Source: an uncultured Dehalococcoidales bacterium (lineage in GTDB: Bacteria > Chloroflexota > Dehalococcoidia > Dehalococcoidales > UBA5760). Taken from it: a stretch of DNA of 64,000 bases. Under the pieces are notes generated by a model. The model made no database searches and was not told the DNA's origin. It saw only the letters and a list, made by a program, of their open reading frames with translations. A program made the position numbers and the translations under genes. The DNA lies in assembly GCA_964472625.1 (NCBI GenBank), contig CAYYLM010000005.1, forward strand, positions 15,576 through 79,575, in the 5' to 3' direction. Shown here one piece after another: positions 1 to 8,744 of the stretch (position 1 is the stretch's first letter; the number at the start of each line of letters is the position of its first letter).

Positions 1-1475
1 ATTCGGGGCACCGGGTCTATCTGGTGGAGAAAAGCCCCAGCATTGGCGGGCACATGATTCAGCTGGATAAGACCTTTCCTACCCTGGACTGCTCATCCTG
101 CATCCTGACCCCGAAGATGACCCAGGTAGGCTCTCATCCCTTTATCGAGCTACTGAGCTATAGCCAAGTCGAGGAGGTCTCCGGCTATATCGGTAATTTC
201 AAGGTCAAAATCAGGAAAAAGGCAAGGCATGTTGACGCCGAAAAGTGCAACGGTTGCGGTTTATGCCAGGAGAAGTGCCCCATTAAGGCCGATAGTGAGT
301 TTGATGCCGGCATGGGTAAGCGGAAGGCAATCTACACCCCGTTCGCTCAAGCGGTGCCCAATATCCCCGTCATTGACACCGAGCACTGCACCTACTTCCG
401 TAAAGGCAAATGCCGCCTCTGCGAGCAACTCTGTGAGAGAAAGGCGATTGACTTTGAGCAGCAGGATGAAATAGTCGAAATTGAGGTCGGCTCGGTAATT
501 GTGGCCACCGGCTTTGAGGTCTTTGACCCGACGCCTATTGCCCAGTACGGCTACGGGCGGCTGGATAACGTTATCACCAGCCTTGAGTTCGAGCGACTGG
601 TCAGTTCCTCCGGGCCCACCGGCGGCAATATCGCGCTTAAAGACGGCACCGTCCCCCAGAGCGTGGCCATCGCCCACTGCGTGGGCAGCCGGGACAAGAA
701 CTACCACGAGTACTGCTCCCGGGTCTGCTGCATGTACGCCCTGAAGTATGCCCACCTGATAAAGGAAAAACTAAACGCCGAGGTATACGACTACTATATC
801 GATATGCGCTGCTTTGGTAAGGGGTATGAGGAGTTCTACCAGCGCCTCTGTGATGAAGGGGTCAGTTTTATTCGGGGCAAGGTGGGCGAGGTTACCGACC
901 AGACGATAAGCGATGAGGAAAAGGGGAAACTGGTGGTGGTCGCCGAGGATACCCTGCTCGGGGTGGTAACCAGGGTGCCGGTGGATATGGTTATCCTCTG
1001 TGTGGCCCTTGAGCCCCAACCAGACGTAGAGACGGTAGGCCGGTTATTCAACATCAGCCGCAGTGCCGATGGCTTTTTCCTGGAAAAGCACCCCAAACTG
1101 GACCCGGTAGCCACCACCACCGACGGCGTCTTTGTCGTCGGCTGCTCTCAGGGGCCCAAGGATATTCCCGATACCGTCGCCCAGGCTTCCGCCGCCGCCG
1201 CCAGGGCACTGGCGCTAATCAGCCGGGGGGAGGTCGAGATTGAGGCGGCGACCGCAGTTATTAACGAAAGAATCTGCTCCGGATGCCAGCTCTGCCTCGC
1301 GATATGTCCCTACAAGGCCATCAGCTTTGACGAGGAGAAAGAGGTCTGCCGGGTCAATGAGGCTCTCTGTAAAGGCTGCGGGGCTTGTGTCAGCGGCTGC
1401 CCGAGTGACGCCATAAGTCTAAGCCACTTCACCAATGAGCAGATCGTAGCCCAGATGGAGGGGATGCTGGTCTAA
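1..1475 (+). CDS. hdrA: HdrA-family FAD/Fe-S flavoprotein (heterodisulfide reductase subunit A-like), 5' end cut by window edge
   Basis: The frame is open from nt 3. GHRVYLVEKSPSIGGHMIQLDKTFPTLDCSSCILTPKM is the HdrA FAD/Cys signature. Three CxxCxxCxxxCP ferredoxin motifs are present (CNGCGLCQEKCP, CSGCQLCLAICP, CKGCGACVSGCP). Confidence 0.85.
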   Translation, partial: SGHRVYLVEKSPSIGGHMIQLDKTFPTLDCSSCILTPKMTQVGSHPFIELLSYSQVEEVSGYIGNFKVKIRKKARHVDAEKCNGCGLCQEKCPIKADSEFDAGMGKRKAIYTPFAQAVPNIPVIDTEHCTYFRKGKCRLCEQLCERKAIDFEQQDEIVEIEVGSVIVATGFEVFDPTPIAQYGYGRLDNVITSLEFERLVSSSGPTGGNIALKDGTVPQSVAIAHCVGSRDKNYHEYCSRVCCMYALKYAHLIKEKLNAEVYDYYIDMRCFGKGYEEFYQRLCDEGVSFIRGKVGEVTDQTISDEEKGKLVVVAEDTLLGVVTRVPVDMVILCVALEPQPDVETVGRLFNISRSADGFFLEKHPKLDPVATTTDGVFVVGCSQGPKDIPDTVAQASAAAARALALISRGEVEIEAATAVINERICSGCQLCLAICPYKAISFDEEKEVCRVNEALCKGCGACVSGCPSDAISLSHFTNEQIVAQMEGMLV

Positions 1476-2344
1476 TACTCGCTGGAGATGAAACTATTTA
1501 TCTCGGCGTAGCTGAAGACCGGGCCGTCGCGGCAGACATAGATATTGCCGATATTACACCGCCCGCACTTGCCGATACCGCACTTCATCCTCTTTTCCAG
1601 CGTGGTGAGCATCTGCTCGGGACTAAAGCCCAGTCTCTCCAGCGCCGGAAAGGTAAAACGGATCATAATCGGCGGGCCGCAGACGATAGCCACGGAACCA
1701 TCCGCTGCGGGCGCTACCTCCTCCAGCACCACCGGCACCAGACCCACCCTACCCCGCCACTTATCATCCCCCTTATCCACGGTGGTTACCATATTCACGG
1801 TCTTATCCTTCTGCCACGCCTTGAGGTCGTAGGTAAAACAGAGGTCAGCCGGGCTGCGCGCCCCGTAGATAATATCTATCCGGCCGTAACTCTCCCGGTT
1901 ATCGATAACATTCCAGATTAGCGACCGCAGCGGCGCCAGTCCGATGCCACCCCCGACAAAAACGAGGTTTTTGCCCGCCAGAAAATCTAGCGGAAAGGAA
2001 TTACCATAGGGCCCCCGGAAGCCTATCTCAGCACCAACCCCGAGACGGTGCAGAGCCCGGGTCAAGCTCCCCACCTGGCGGATGCTGCACTCAAGATGGT
2101 CCCTGCGGGTGGGGCTTGACGAGATGCAGAAGGGGGCTTCACCGATACCCAGGACGGAAAGGAGACAGAACTGCCCCGACTCGAAGGTAAATTCCTCACG
2201 GAGCCCCTCATCCTTGAAGTTAAAGTGAAAGGTCTTGGTATCCGCGGTCTCGTCGACTATCTTCTCGATGACCGCCGGGTGGGGCAGGTAGACATTCCCC
2301 TCCCTTAAAAACCTCGGTCGGTGGCTGATATCACTAAGCGCCAT
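1472..2344 (-). CDS. FAD/NAD(P)-binding oxidoreductase with C-terminal [2Fe-2S] site (AsrB / sulfhydrogenase-gamma / FlxA-like)
   Basis: 290 aa. It has a ferredoxin-reductase-type fold (FVGGGIGLAPLRS, GPPIM) and a PyrK/AsrB-type C-terminal cluster motif CGIGKCGRCNIGNIYVCRDGPVF. It is convergent with hdrA with a 4-nt overlap. Confidence 0.8.
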   Translation of the reverse strand: MALSDISHRPRFLREGNVYLPHPAVIEKIVDETADTKTFHFNFKDEGLREEFTFESGQFCLLSVLGIGEAPFCISSSPTRRDHLECSIRQVGSLTRALHRLGVGAEIGFRGPYGNSFPLDFLAGKNLVFVGGGIGLAPLRSLIWNVIDNRESYGRIDIIYGARSPADLCFTYDLKAWQKDKTVNMVTTVDKGDDKWRGRVGLVPVVLEEVAPAADGSVAIVCGPPIMIRFTFPALERLGFSPEQMLTTLEKRMKCGIGKCGRCNIGNIYVCRDGPVFSYAEINSFISSEY

Positions 2345-2347
2345 GCC

Positions 2348-3391
2348 TTACGTCTCCAGTCTAACTTGCTCCTGAGCCGAGAGGTTAGAGAGCACCTGAG
2401 TTATATCCCAGTTCACCGGGCACAGCCGGATGCAGCGGCCACAACCGGTGCAGGCAATAACCTCAAAGCTATAGGGATAGAATTCATACTTGTGGCACAC
2501 CTTCTGCCTCAAGCGGCGCCATTTTTCCTCCCGCGGGTTTTCCATCGGCATCTTGGTATAGAGCGGGAAGGCACAGCTGTCCCAGCTCCTAAACCGCTCG
2601 CCGTGCTTCTTCAACAGCTCATCACTGATATTGAAGCAGTAGCAGGTCGGACAGAGGAAGGTACAGATACCACAGCTAATGCACTTGGCACTAACCCCCT
2701 CCCAGTAGTCTTTATCTTCAAAACTGGCCTGAAGCTTCTCGGAAATACCATCGACAGCTATCTTCCTGGTTACCTTACTCCGGGCCAACTCCTTCGCCTT
2801 CTTGACTCTAGTCTCATCAGCCTTGGTCGCCGCCTGAGCCAGCTTGGTCTTGGCCATTAGCTTGCTACCCTTATCCGTAACCGCCTCCATCAGGAACTCA
2901 TCACCAATCTGGGTAAGCATCAGGTCGACATTGGCCATATCATCGGGGCCGCTACCCAGAGAAGTGCAGAAGCAGCTATCACAGGGGCTAGTACATACCA
3001 GACCAACCAGCAGCCCGCTTTGCCTCTTGGTTAGGTAGTAGGGATCTTGATAGGCATCCTTGAAGGTCATGTCCAGTACCGCCAGGGCCCTGGCATCACA
3101 GGGCCGGATACCAAAAACGAGCCACCCTTTTTCCGCCGCTGGCGGTAGCTCCGTATGGTAGCCGTCCCCCTCTTTCTGGAAACGGAACATCGTCTCCATC
3201 GGGGGAAGAAAGAGGGCCTTGGGCGGCACAACGGTGTTCCGATACCAGTCCAGAAATCCGCTGTCCTTACCATCCCACTCAGACCACTTAGCTACCCCTT
3301 CCTCACGGGAGGGCACAAAAACAGTGAATTCCTGACCCCACTCGGTGAGTAGTTTAGCGATGTCCTCTTTCTTTATCTTCTTGGTTGTCAT
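2348..3391 (-). CDS. 4Fe-4S dicluster protein (AsrA / sulfhydrogenase-beta / FlxB-like)
   Basis: 347 aa. Cys-rich motifs are CTSPCDSCFCTS, CISCGICTFLCPTCYC and CTGCGRCIRLCP. It lies directly upstream of the AsrB-like gene with a 3-nt gap, the arrangement typical of AsrAB/HydBG pairs. Confidence 0.75.
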   Translation of the reverse strand: MTTKKIKKEDIAKLLTEWGQEFTVFVPSREEGVAKWSEWDGKDSGFLDWYRNTVVPPKALFLPPMETMFRFQKEGDGYHTELPPAAEKGWLVFGIRPCDARALAVLDMTFKDAYQDPYYLTKRQSGLLVGLVCTSPCDSCFCTSLGSGPDDMANVDLMLTQIGDEFLMEAVTDKGSKLMAKTKLAQAATKADETRVKKAKELARSKVTRKIAVDGISEKLQASFEDKDYWEGVSAKCISCGICTFLCPTCYCFNISDELLKKHGERFRSWDSCAFPLYTKMPMENPREEKWRRLRQKVCHKYEFYPYSFEVIACTGCGRCIRLCPVNWDITQVLSNLSAQEQVRLET

Positions 3392-3396
3392 TTTAC

Positions 3397-4353
3397 CTAC
3401 CTGATGAAATCCGCCACATCGGTAGCCTCATAGCAAGCCAGAAGCGGTGGTGCCTCCTTGTCCATCCCCGCCTTATAATGAAAGAGCCCGTCAACAATAT
3501 CGCACATTTCCCGGGCTAGGCTTCTCAGTGGAATATTAACTGGGCAGGCTCTCTCACACTCACCACAGTCGGTGCACCGCCCCGCGACATGAATATTCCT
3601 GGTTATCTGAAAAATGAGGTTATCCTGCCACCGTGGTATCGGCTGCACCCAGGTGGGCTCAGCCTCCTCAACAAAGCAGCGTTCACAGAAACAGGCCGGG
3701 CAGACATTACGGCAGGCATAGCAACGGATACAGCGGCTAAACTCATTCTGCCAGAACTGCCAGCGCTCATCCGGACTCATCGCCTTAAGGCGGTTTATCT
3801 CTTCCTGACTGGCCGCCTTGCTCTCGTCACCAGCCGGCGGGGTCGGTTCTCCCAGCAGCAGATCATATTCCTGGGGAGTGGGTAATTCACAGGCAAGGCA
3901 GTTATCAAAGAGAACATCCTGGGCTGCGAACTCGCTTGCCTTGCCAGCCACGGTCACGGTGACTTTATCCCCGTCCCGGGTAATGTCGTCTATCTCATCC
4001 CGATCCCTGCTCACCAGATTCTCCACCTTAGCCAGGTCAATGATTCCCGAGCAGGGGACACCGATAATAAAGACATCCTCTCTGGCTAACTTATTATCCT
4101 GTAGGAGACTTACGATGGAGCGGCTGTCGCACCCCTTGGCGACAATACCGACCCTTCCCTTGACCCCAGTGAGAAAAACGCTGAGGTTATTGGCGATAAA
4201 CGGGTTAATCACCAAACGGCTGACGTCATCCTTATCGCTGGTAATGAGTGGGCTGGTGGTGAACTTGAGGCTGCCGTCAGCAAAGCCGATAATAAGGTCA
4301 ACCTTACCCTGCTCCAGTAGAGCCGCCGCCTCACGGCGTAGGTTCTGTTCCAT
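3397..4353 (-). CDS. Fe-S protein, FrhB/FlxC-like (4Fe-4S dicluster)
   Basis: The ORF is open to 4407. The ATG at 4353 is preceded by GGGGGGA and minimises overlap with mvhD, so I prefer it. Motifs are CIRCYACRNVCPACFCERC and CTDCGECERACP. Confidence 0.65.
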   Translation of the reverse strand: MEQNLRREAAALLEQGKVDLIIGFADGSLKFTTSPLITSDKDDVSRLVINPFIANNLSVFLTGVKGRVGIVAKGCDSRSIVSLLQDNKLAREDVFIIGVPCSGIIDLAKVENLVSRDRDEIDDITRDGDKVTVTVAGKASEFAAQDVLFDNCLACELPTPQEYDLLLGEPTPPAGDESKAASQEEINRLKAMSPDERWQFWQNEFSRCIRCYACRNVCPACFCERCFVEEAEPTWVQPIPRWQDNLIFQITRNIHVAGRCTDCGECERACPVNIPLRSLAREMCDIVDGLFHYKAGMDKEAPPLLACYEATDVADFIR

Positions 4354-4786
4354 TCCCCCCACTTTCATCGGTGAATAATCTGTTGGGTCCGAGCTCCTCC
4401 AGCTCATGCGTCATTTCAGCGACTAGCTCGGCGAACTTACCCCCTTCGGAAGCGGAAACCCAGCTTGCCTGAAGACGCTTCGGGTTAACACCCAGGTACT
4501 CAAGGAATTTCTTGGTTAGGGCAATCCTTCTCCGGGCGAAGTAGTTTCCCGTTTGATAATGACAATCACCAGGGTGGCAACCGGAAACAAGCACCCCATC
4601 AAAACCAAGACGCAGGGCCTTGAGGATAAAAAGAGGATCCACTCTCCCCGAACAGGGAACCCGGATGATCCTGATATTGGCTGGATATTTCTTACGGCTG
4701 GTACCGGCTAGGTCAGCACCAGCATAGCTACACCATCGACAGAGGAAACCTAGCAGCCTAGGTTTCCACGCTGAATCCTGTTCCAT
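4331..4786 (-). CDS. mvhD: Methyl-viologen-reducing hydrogenase delta subunit-like protein (MvhD/FlxD)
   Basis: 151 aa. FLCRWCSYAGADLAGTSR...IRVPCSGRVDP...DGVLVSGCHPGDCHY is the MvhD family signature. It is the first gene of the minus-strand four-gene Fe-S/flavin operon. Confidence 0.85.
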   Translation of the reverse strand: MEQDSAWKPRLLGFLCRWCSYAGADLAGTSRKKYPANIRIIRVPCSGRVDPLFILKALRLGFDGVLVSGCHPGDCHYQTGNYFARRRIALTKKFLEYLGVNPKRLQASWVSASEGGKFAELVAEMTHELEELGPNRLFTDESGGNGTEPTP

Positions 4787-5009
4787 ATAACCTCGGCAGA
4801 ATGACTAAATAGCCAGCAAAAGCTCTGGTTTTATTATAGCTTACCAAACGGACTAATATCAAGCCGAACTTAGACACCGAAAGCGGCAAATCTACGCTAA
4901 CACTGGGCACAGTGATAATAAAATCGGCTAATTCCTTGCGGTCGCGGGGAGCTGGGCGGTAATATGGTACAGACACAGCAATATAGTGATATAAAGCGGG
5001 GGACCTATT

Positions 5010-5789
5010 GTGACGAGCGAGAACCTGGACACTCTGGCCAAAAAAGTAGCCGACCTGATTCTGGCGGCGCAAAAGGTGATCGTCTTCACCGGTGCCGGGG
5101 TTAGTACCGAATCCGGTCTCCCCGATTTTCGCAGTCCGGGAGGCATCTGGGACCGATTTGACCCGGATGACTTCACCTACCAGAAGTTTGTCAGCCGTCC
5201 TCAAACCAGAAAGCTATGGTGGCAACTGATTTATGAAGGTAGCCTGTCCACAGAAATTAAACCCAATCCCGCTCACTATGCCATTGCTGAGCTGGAGCGG
5301 TCGGGTAAGCTGGACGCAGTCATTACCCAGAATATCGATAACCTGCACCAAGCGGCGGGGGTGCCTGATGAGAAAATGTTTGAATTACACGGCAACCTCA
5401 AATGGGTGGTGTGCCTCGGCTGCGGACAGCGCTACCCCTTCGAACAGGTCAAAATCAAGCTGGCCGAGGGAGAGGGTATTCCTCAATGTCAGGCTTGCTC
5501 TGGCATCTTGAAGCCGAACATCGTCTTTTTCGGCGAGATGCTACCCGAGGGGGTTTTTGAAGCCGCTACCGAGCGTGCCAAAAGCGCTGACCTCTTTATG
5601 GTCATCGGCTCAACCCTGATTGTTTATCCCGCCGCCGATATCCCGGCCCGCGCCTACCGCTCGGGAGCCAAACTGGTTATTATCAATCTCAGCCCCACCC
5701 CGATGGATGATGAAGCCGCCGTCCTCATCAGAGCCAAAGCCGGAGAGACGATGGCTAGGGTAATGGAGCGGGTGAGAGAGAAACAATAA
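5010..5789 (+). CDS. cobB: NAD-dependent protein deacylase, Sir2 family
   Basis: 259 aa. It has FTGAGVSTESGLPDFRSPGGIWD, TQNIDNLH, a zinc ribbon CLGCG...CQAC, and GSTLIVYPAA. The start codon is GTG. Confidence 0.9.
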   Translation: MTSENLDTLAKKVADLILAAQKVIVFTGAGVSTESGLPDFRSPGGIWDRFDPDDFTYQKFVSRPQTRKLWWQLIYEGSLSTEIKPNPAHYAIAELERSGKLDAVITQNIDNLHQAAGVPDEKMFELHGNLKWVVCLGCGQRYPFEQVKIKLAEGEGIPQCQACSGILKPNIVFFGEMLPEGVFEAATERAKSADLFMVIGSTLIVYPAADIPARAYRSGAKLVIINLSPTPMDDEAAVLIRAKAGETMARVMERVREKQ

Positions 5790-5801
5790 TATAGAGCCCG
5801 C

Positions 5802-6296
5802 TTATTTCACCCGGCCAACCGCCACCCAGACACCCAGCGCCACCGCCAGAAGGCTGAGAGCCAAGTTAAGCCCGCCAAGCGGAACCAGCCAATATCCCCA
5901 GGGGGGAAAGATACTGATCAAAAAGCTGAGCACAACGCCGACACCGGCGGTAACGGCTAACCCTCTACCGCGCTTACGGTTAACGGAACGGCCCACCACC
6001 TCCCCGATAACGTAGCCGAAACCAGACGCCAGCAGGAAATCAAGACCGATGGGGAGCCAAAGGGTGTTAATCTTCCACCAGGCGGCACCGCAGGCAAAAG
6101 CCATACCTACCGCGGTACCGATAGCCCGCAGGTAATAACTGGAGGTGACCTGAAAGGTGGGTAGTTTCTGCAGCCGGGCACAATCCCGACACCGGGCACC
6201 AACTGGTGTCTGCACCAGACACTTAGGACATATTGGTTTGCCACACTTACCACACCGGAGATTGGTGTCAACATCGGGATGCGTCGCACATCTCAT
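5802..6296 (-). CDS. Membrane protein with N-terminal B-box/zinc-ribbon (CxxC x4)
   Basis: 164 aa. The N-terminus is MRCATHPDVDTNLRCGKCGKPICPKCLVQTPVGARCRDCA, followed by about four hydrophobic helices. Its start overlaps the plsY stop (ATGA). Confidence 0.6.
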   Translation of the reverse strand: MRCATHPDVDTNLRCGKCGKPICPKCLVQTPVGARCRDCARLQKLPTFQVTSSYYLRAIGTAVGMAFACGAAWWKINTLWLPIGLDFLLASGFGYVIGEVVGRSVNRKRGRGLAVTAGVGVVLSFLISIFPPWGYWLVPLGGLNLALSLLAVALGVWVAVGRVK

Positions 6297-7018
6297 TTGT
6301 TACTGCTAGCCAACCTTCTTCGTTTTTCCTGCTGCTCAACCAAAGACATCCAGGCTTCTTTGTCCCTCATATCCCGGTCAAAAAGGAGGCGATTAATGAG
6401 CACCTGTCTTTTGCTAATTGAGGTGATGCTTACTGGCTGCCGCGCCGTTAAGCGCCTGACAATAAAGACGATAAACAGTCCCAGATAGCCTAAAGTCAAG
6501 GGCAGTGAACCCGTCAGTACCCAGGCAACCGGAGGGAAAATAGCGACAATAATGAACACTCCCAAAGGAAAAAGCCTTAAACGGGAACTAATTATGGCAA
6601 TCGACCCGTAGCCGACGGTAACCAGAATCGACGTCCTCAAGGGAATCAGGTTGTTTATTATGGGAAGCAAAAAACCCACACCCATGGTGGTGATAACCCC
6701 CCGCCCGCCACTGAAACGGAGGAAAACCGGCCAGTTATGCCCAACAACGGCCGCTATGCCCACTACCAGCTGCTCAGTAACCCCCAGACCCAGCTGCCAA
6801 GCCACCGCCAACATTATCATACCCTTAGCCGAATCAAAGATAATGACCGGGAGAGCTACCCGCTTAGAAGTGAAACGCAATAGATTAGTTGCCCCCACAT
6901 TACCGCTACCGTACTGCCGGATATCGATGCCACGAGACCACTTACCCGCCAGATAGGCAGATGGCACTGAGCCCAAGAGATAAGCCCCCACCAGTGTCGG
7001 CCAGAAGTTACCGGACAT
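6293..7018 (-). CDS. plsY: Glycerol-3-phosphate acyltransferase PlsY (with about 45-aa basic C-terminal extension)
   Basis: GSVPSAYLAGKW...YGSGNVGATNLLR is the PlsY signature. The ORF is open to 7033, but the ATG at 7018 follows GAGAGGAGAG. Confidence 0.85.
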   Translation of the reverse strand: MSGNFWPTLVGAYLLGSVPSAYLAGKWSRGIDIRQYGSGNVGATNLLRFTSKRVALPVIIFDSAKGMIMLAVAWQLGLGVTEQLVVGIAAVVGHNWPVFLRFSGGRGVITTMGVGFLLPIINNLIPLRTSILVTVGYGSIAIISSRLRLFPLGVFIIVAIFPPVAWVLTGSLPLTLGYLGLFIVFIVRRLTARQPVSITSISKRQVLINRLLFDRDMRDKEAWMSLVEQQEKRRRLASSNK

Positions 7019-7107
7019 CAGCTCTCCTCTCAAGATTATTTGTCAAGCTCGGTTATCAAATGAGGGATTAATCCTCAAAATATAACAGAATTATACCACA
7101 GGCTACC

Positions 7108-7947
7108 CTAGCTGGGTATGCGCGACTGCGCCAAAGCTATGAGGTGCTCCGCCGCCGAAAGTGGGACCTGAACACCGCCAATCATGATCTCAATTTCGGT
7201 ATCTAGTCCGTGGTAATCACTACCGCCAGTAGCCACGAGATTATACCTCTCCGCCAGCATCAGTAGCTTCCCAACATCATCAGCGCTATAGTCTTTATAG
7301 TAGGCTTCAATGCCTACCAAACCAACCGCCTTGAGTTTAACAACCAGAGCCTCTAGGTCGCTCACCGTCAAGGGGTGGGCCAGTACGGGGAGTCCCTTAA
7401 CCCGCAATATTAGCTCTACCGCCGCTGCCGGGACTAGTTTTCGACGCTCAACATAGGCCGGACCACCCCGACCGATATAACTGGAAAAGGCCTCCTTAAG
7501 CGAGCCAATATAGCCCTTCTCTAACATGGCCTGAGCTAGGTGAGGACGACCCACCGAGCCCTTGCCGGCTATCTCCTGTACTCGCGGCCAGTCAATATTA
7601 ACCCCCAGGTCCCTCAGTTTAGCAACCATCGCCTGAGCTCGCTCTAGCCGAGAATTACGCATTCTCTCCAGTCTCGCCACTAGCTCCCCATCGTTATAAT
7701 CTATAAAGTAGCCTAGAATATGGACCTCGCCCTGGTCGGCATCAGTGCTGAGCTCAACGCCAGGTACTACCCTTAAGTCGGGGAAAGCCTTAGCCGCAGC
7801 TAAGGCGGGAGCCAGGCCACTAATGGCATCATGGTCGGTGAGGGCAATAACGGCTAGTCCCCGCCTTGCCGACTCCCTAACCACCTCTTCCGGGCTGAGT
7901 CGGCCATCGGAAGCGTTGGAATGTATGTGGAGGTCAACCCGGGACAC
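7108..7947 (-). CDS. PHP-domain phosphoesterase (TrpH/YciV-like)
   Basis: 279 aa. VDLHIHSNASDGRLSPEEVV...LTDHD... and GGSDYHG are the metal-binding motifs of the PHP family. Confidence 0.8.
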   Translation of the reverse strand: MSRVDLHIHSNASDGRLSPEEVVRESARRGLAVIALTDHDAISGLAPALAAAKAFPDLRVVPGVELSTDADQGEVHILGYFIDYNDGELVARLERMRNSRLERAQAMVAKLRDLGVNIDWPRVQEIAGKGSVGRPHLAQAMLEKGYIGSLKEAFSSYIGRGGPAYVERRKLVPAAAVELILRVKGLPVLAHPLTVSDLEALVVKLKAVGLVGIEAYYKDYSADDVGKLLMLAERYNLVATGGSDYHGLDTEIEIMIGGVQVPLSAAEHLIALAQSRIPS

Positions 7948-7949
7948 GA

Positions 7950-8717
7950 TTACTCAACCTCCCGAGAGACTCGCTCAATGCTCAGTGCCCGACCGCTAGC
8001 CTCGTCCACCCTAATTAGCACCGCACTGAACAATACCTTACCCTTACCCACCGACAGACGATGAGGTATCATGGTCAGAAAACGGCGGGTTACGGCCTCA
8101 ATGTCATCACCGATAATTGAATCAATGGGTCCAGTCATGCCAATGTCAGTAACATAAGCAGTACCCCCAGGTAGCAGCTGAGCATCGGTGGTGCCCACAT
8201 GGGTATGGGTACCGAGCACAGCGCTAACCCGACCGTCCAGGTAGCGTCCCAGAGCCACCTTCTCCGAGGTCGCTTCAGCATGGAAATCAACAATGATAAC
8301 CGACGGCTTACTCTCAAGCTCGCCAAGCAATCTGTCCATAGTCCGAAACGGGCAATCAAAATTACCCATGAAGGTTCTCCCGATCAGATTGACCACCATC
8401 GCCTGACCCGCCACTAAATAACCCCTACCCGGCACGCCCGGGGGATAGTTCAACGGACGCAGCAGAGGCATCTCACCATCAAGATGGGGGATAATCTCCT
8501 TCTCCGCCCAGATATGGTTTCCCGAGGTCAGCACGTTAACGCCAGCATTTAAGAGTTCCTGAGCCGTGGCACTAGTCACCCCGATACCGCCAGCAGTATT
8601 CTCCGCGTTAGCCACCACCAAGTCCGCCTCGTATTGCTCAATAATACCAGGCAGAAGCTTAGCCACCGCCTGTCTCCCCGGCCGGCCAATTACGTCACCA
8701 ATCGCCAATACTAGCAC
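7950..8717 (-). CDS. ymdB: YmdB-family metallophosphoesterase (2',3'-cyclic-nucleotide phosphodiesterase-like)
   Basis: 255 aa with MLVLAIGDVIGRPGR, NAENTAGG, TSGNHIW, VDFHAEATSEK and GTHTHV. It sits immediately downstream of rny, as in Bacillus. Confidence 0.85.
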   Translation of the reverse strand: MLVLAIGDVIGRPGRQAVAKLLPGIIEQYEADLVVANAENTAGGIGVTSATAQELLNAGVNVLTSGNHIWAEKEIIPHLDGEMPLLRPLNYPPGVPGRGYLVAGQAMVVNLIGRTFMGNFDCPFRTMDRLLGELESKPSVIIVDFHAEATSEKVALGRYLDGRVSAVLGTHTHVGTTDAQLLPGGTAYVTDIGMTGPIDSIIGDDIEAVTRRFLTMIPHRLSVGKGKVLFSAVLIRVDEASGRALSIERVSREVE

Positions 8718-8744
8718 TAAAGGCCCCCCTAACCTCTATCAGAG

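Noticed and set aside
2321-4378. Long antisense ORFs (2321-2860, 3818-4378; similarly 25791-26237, 48300-48725, 49151-49624, 57739-58164, 60873-61193, 61829-62155)
   Set aside because: Each lies entirely opposite a CDS with strong family signatures. The translations are low-complexity (Ser/Arg/Pro/Leu-rich) with no motifs. I treat them as shadow ORFs.
4758-5204. 148-aa minus-strand ORF (and the nested 4928-5176 ORF) between mvhD and the Sir2 gene
   Set aside because: It overlaps the well-supported Sir2 gene on the opposite strand, has no recognisable motifs and has an Arg/Pro/Gly-rich composition typical of antisense frames in GC-rich DNA.
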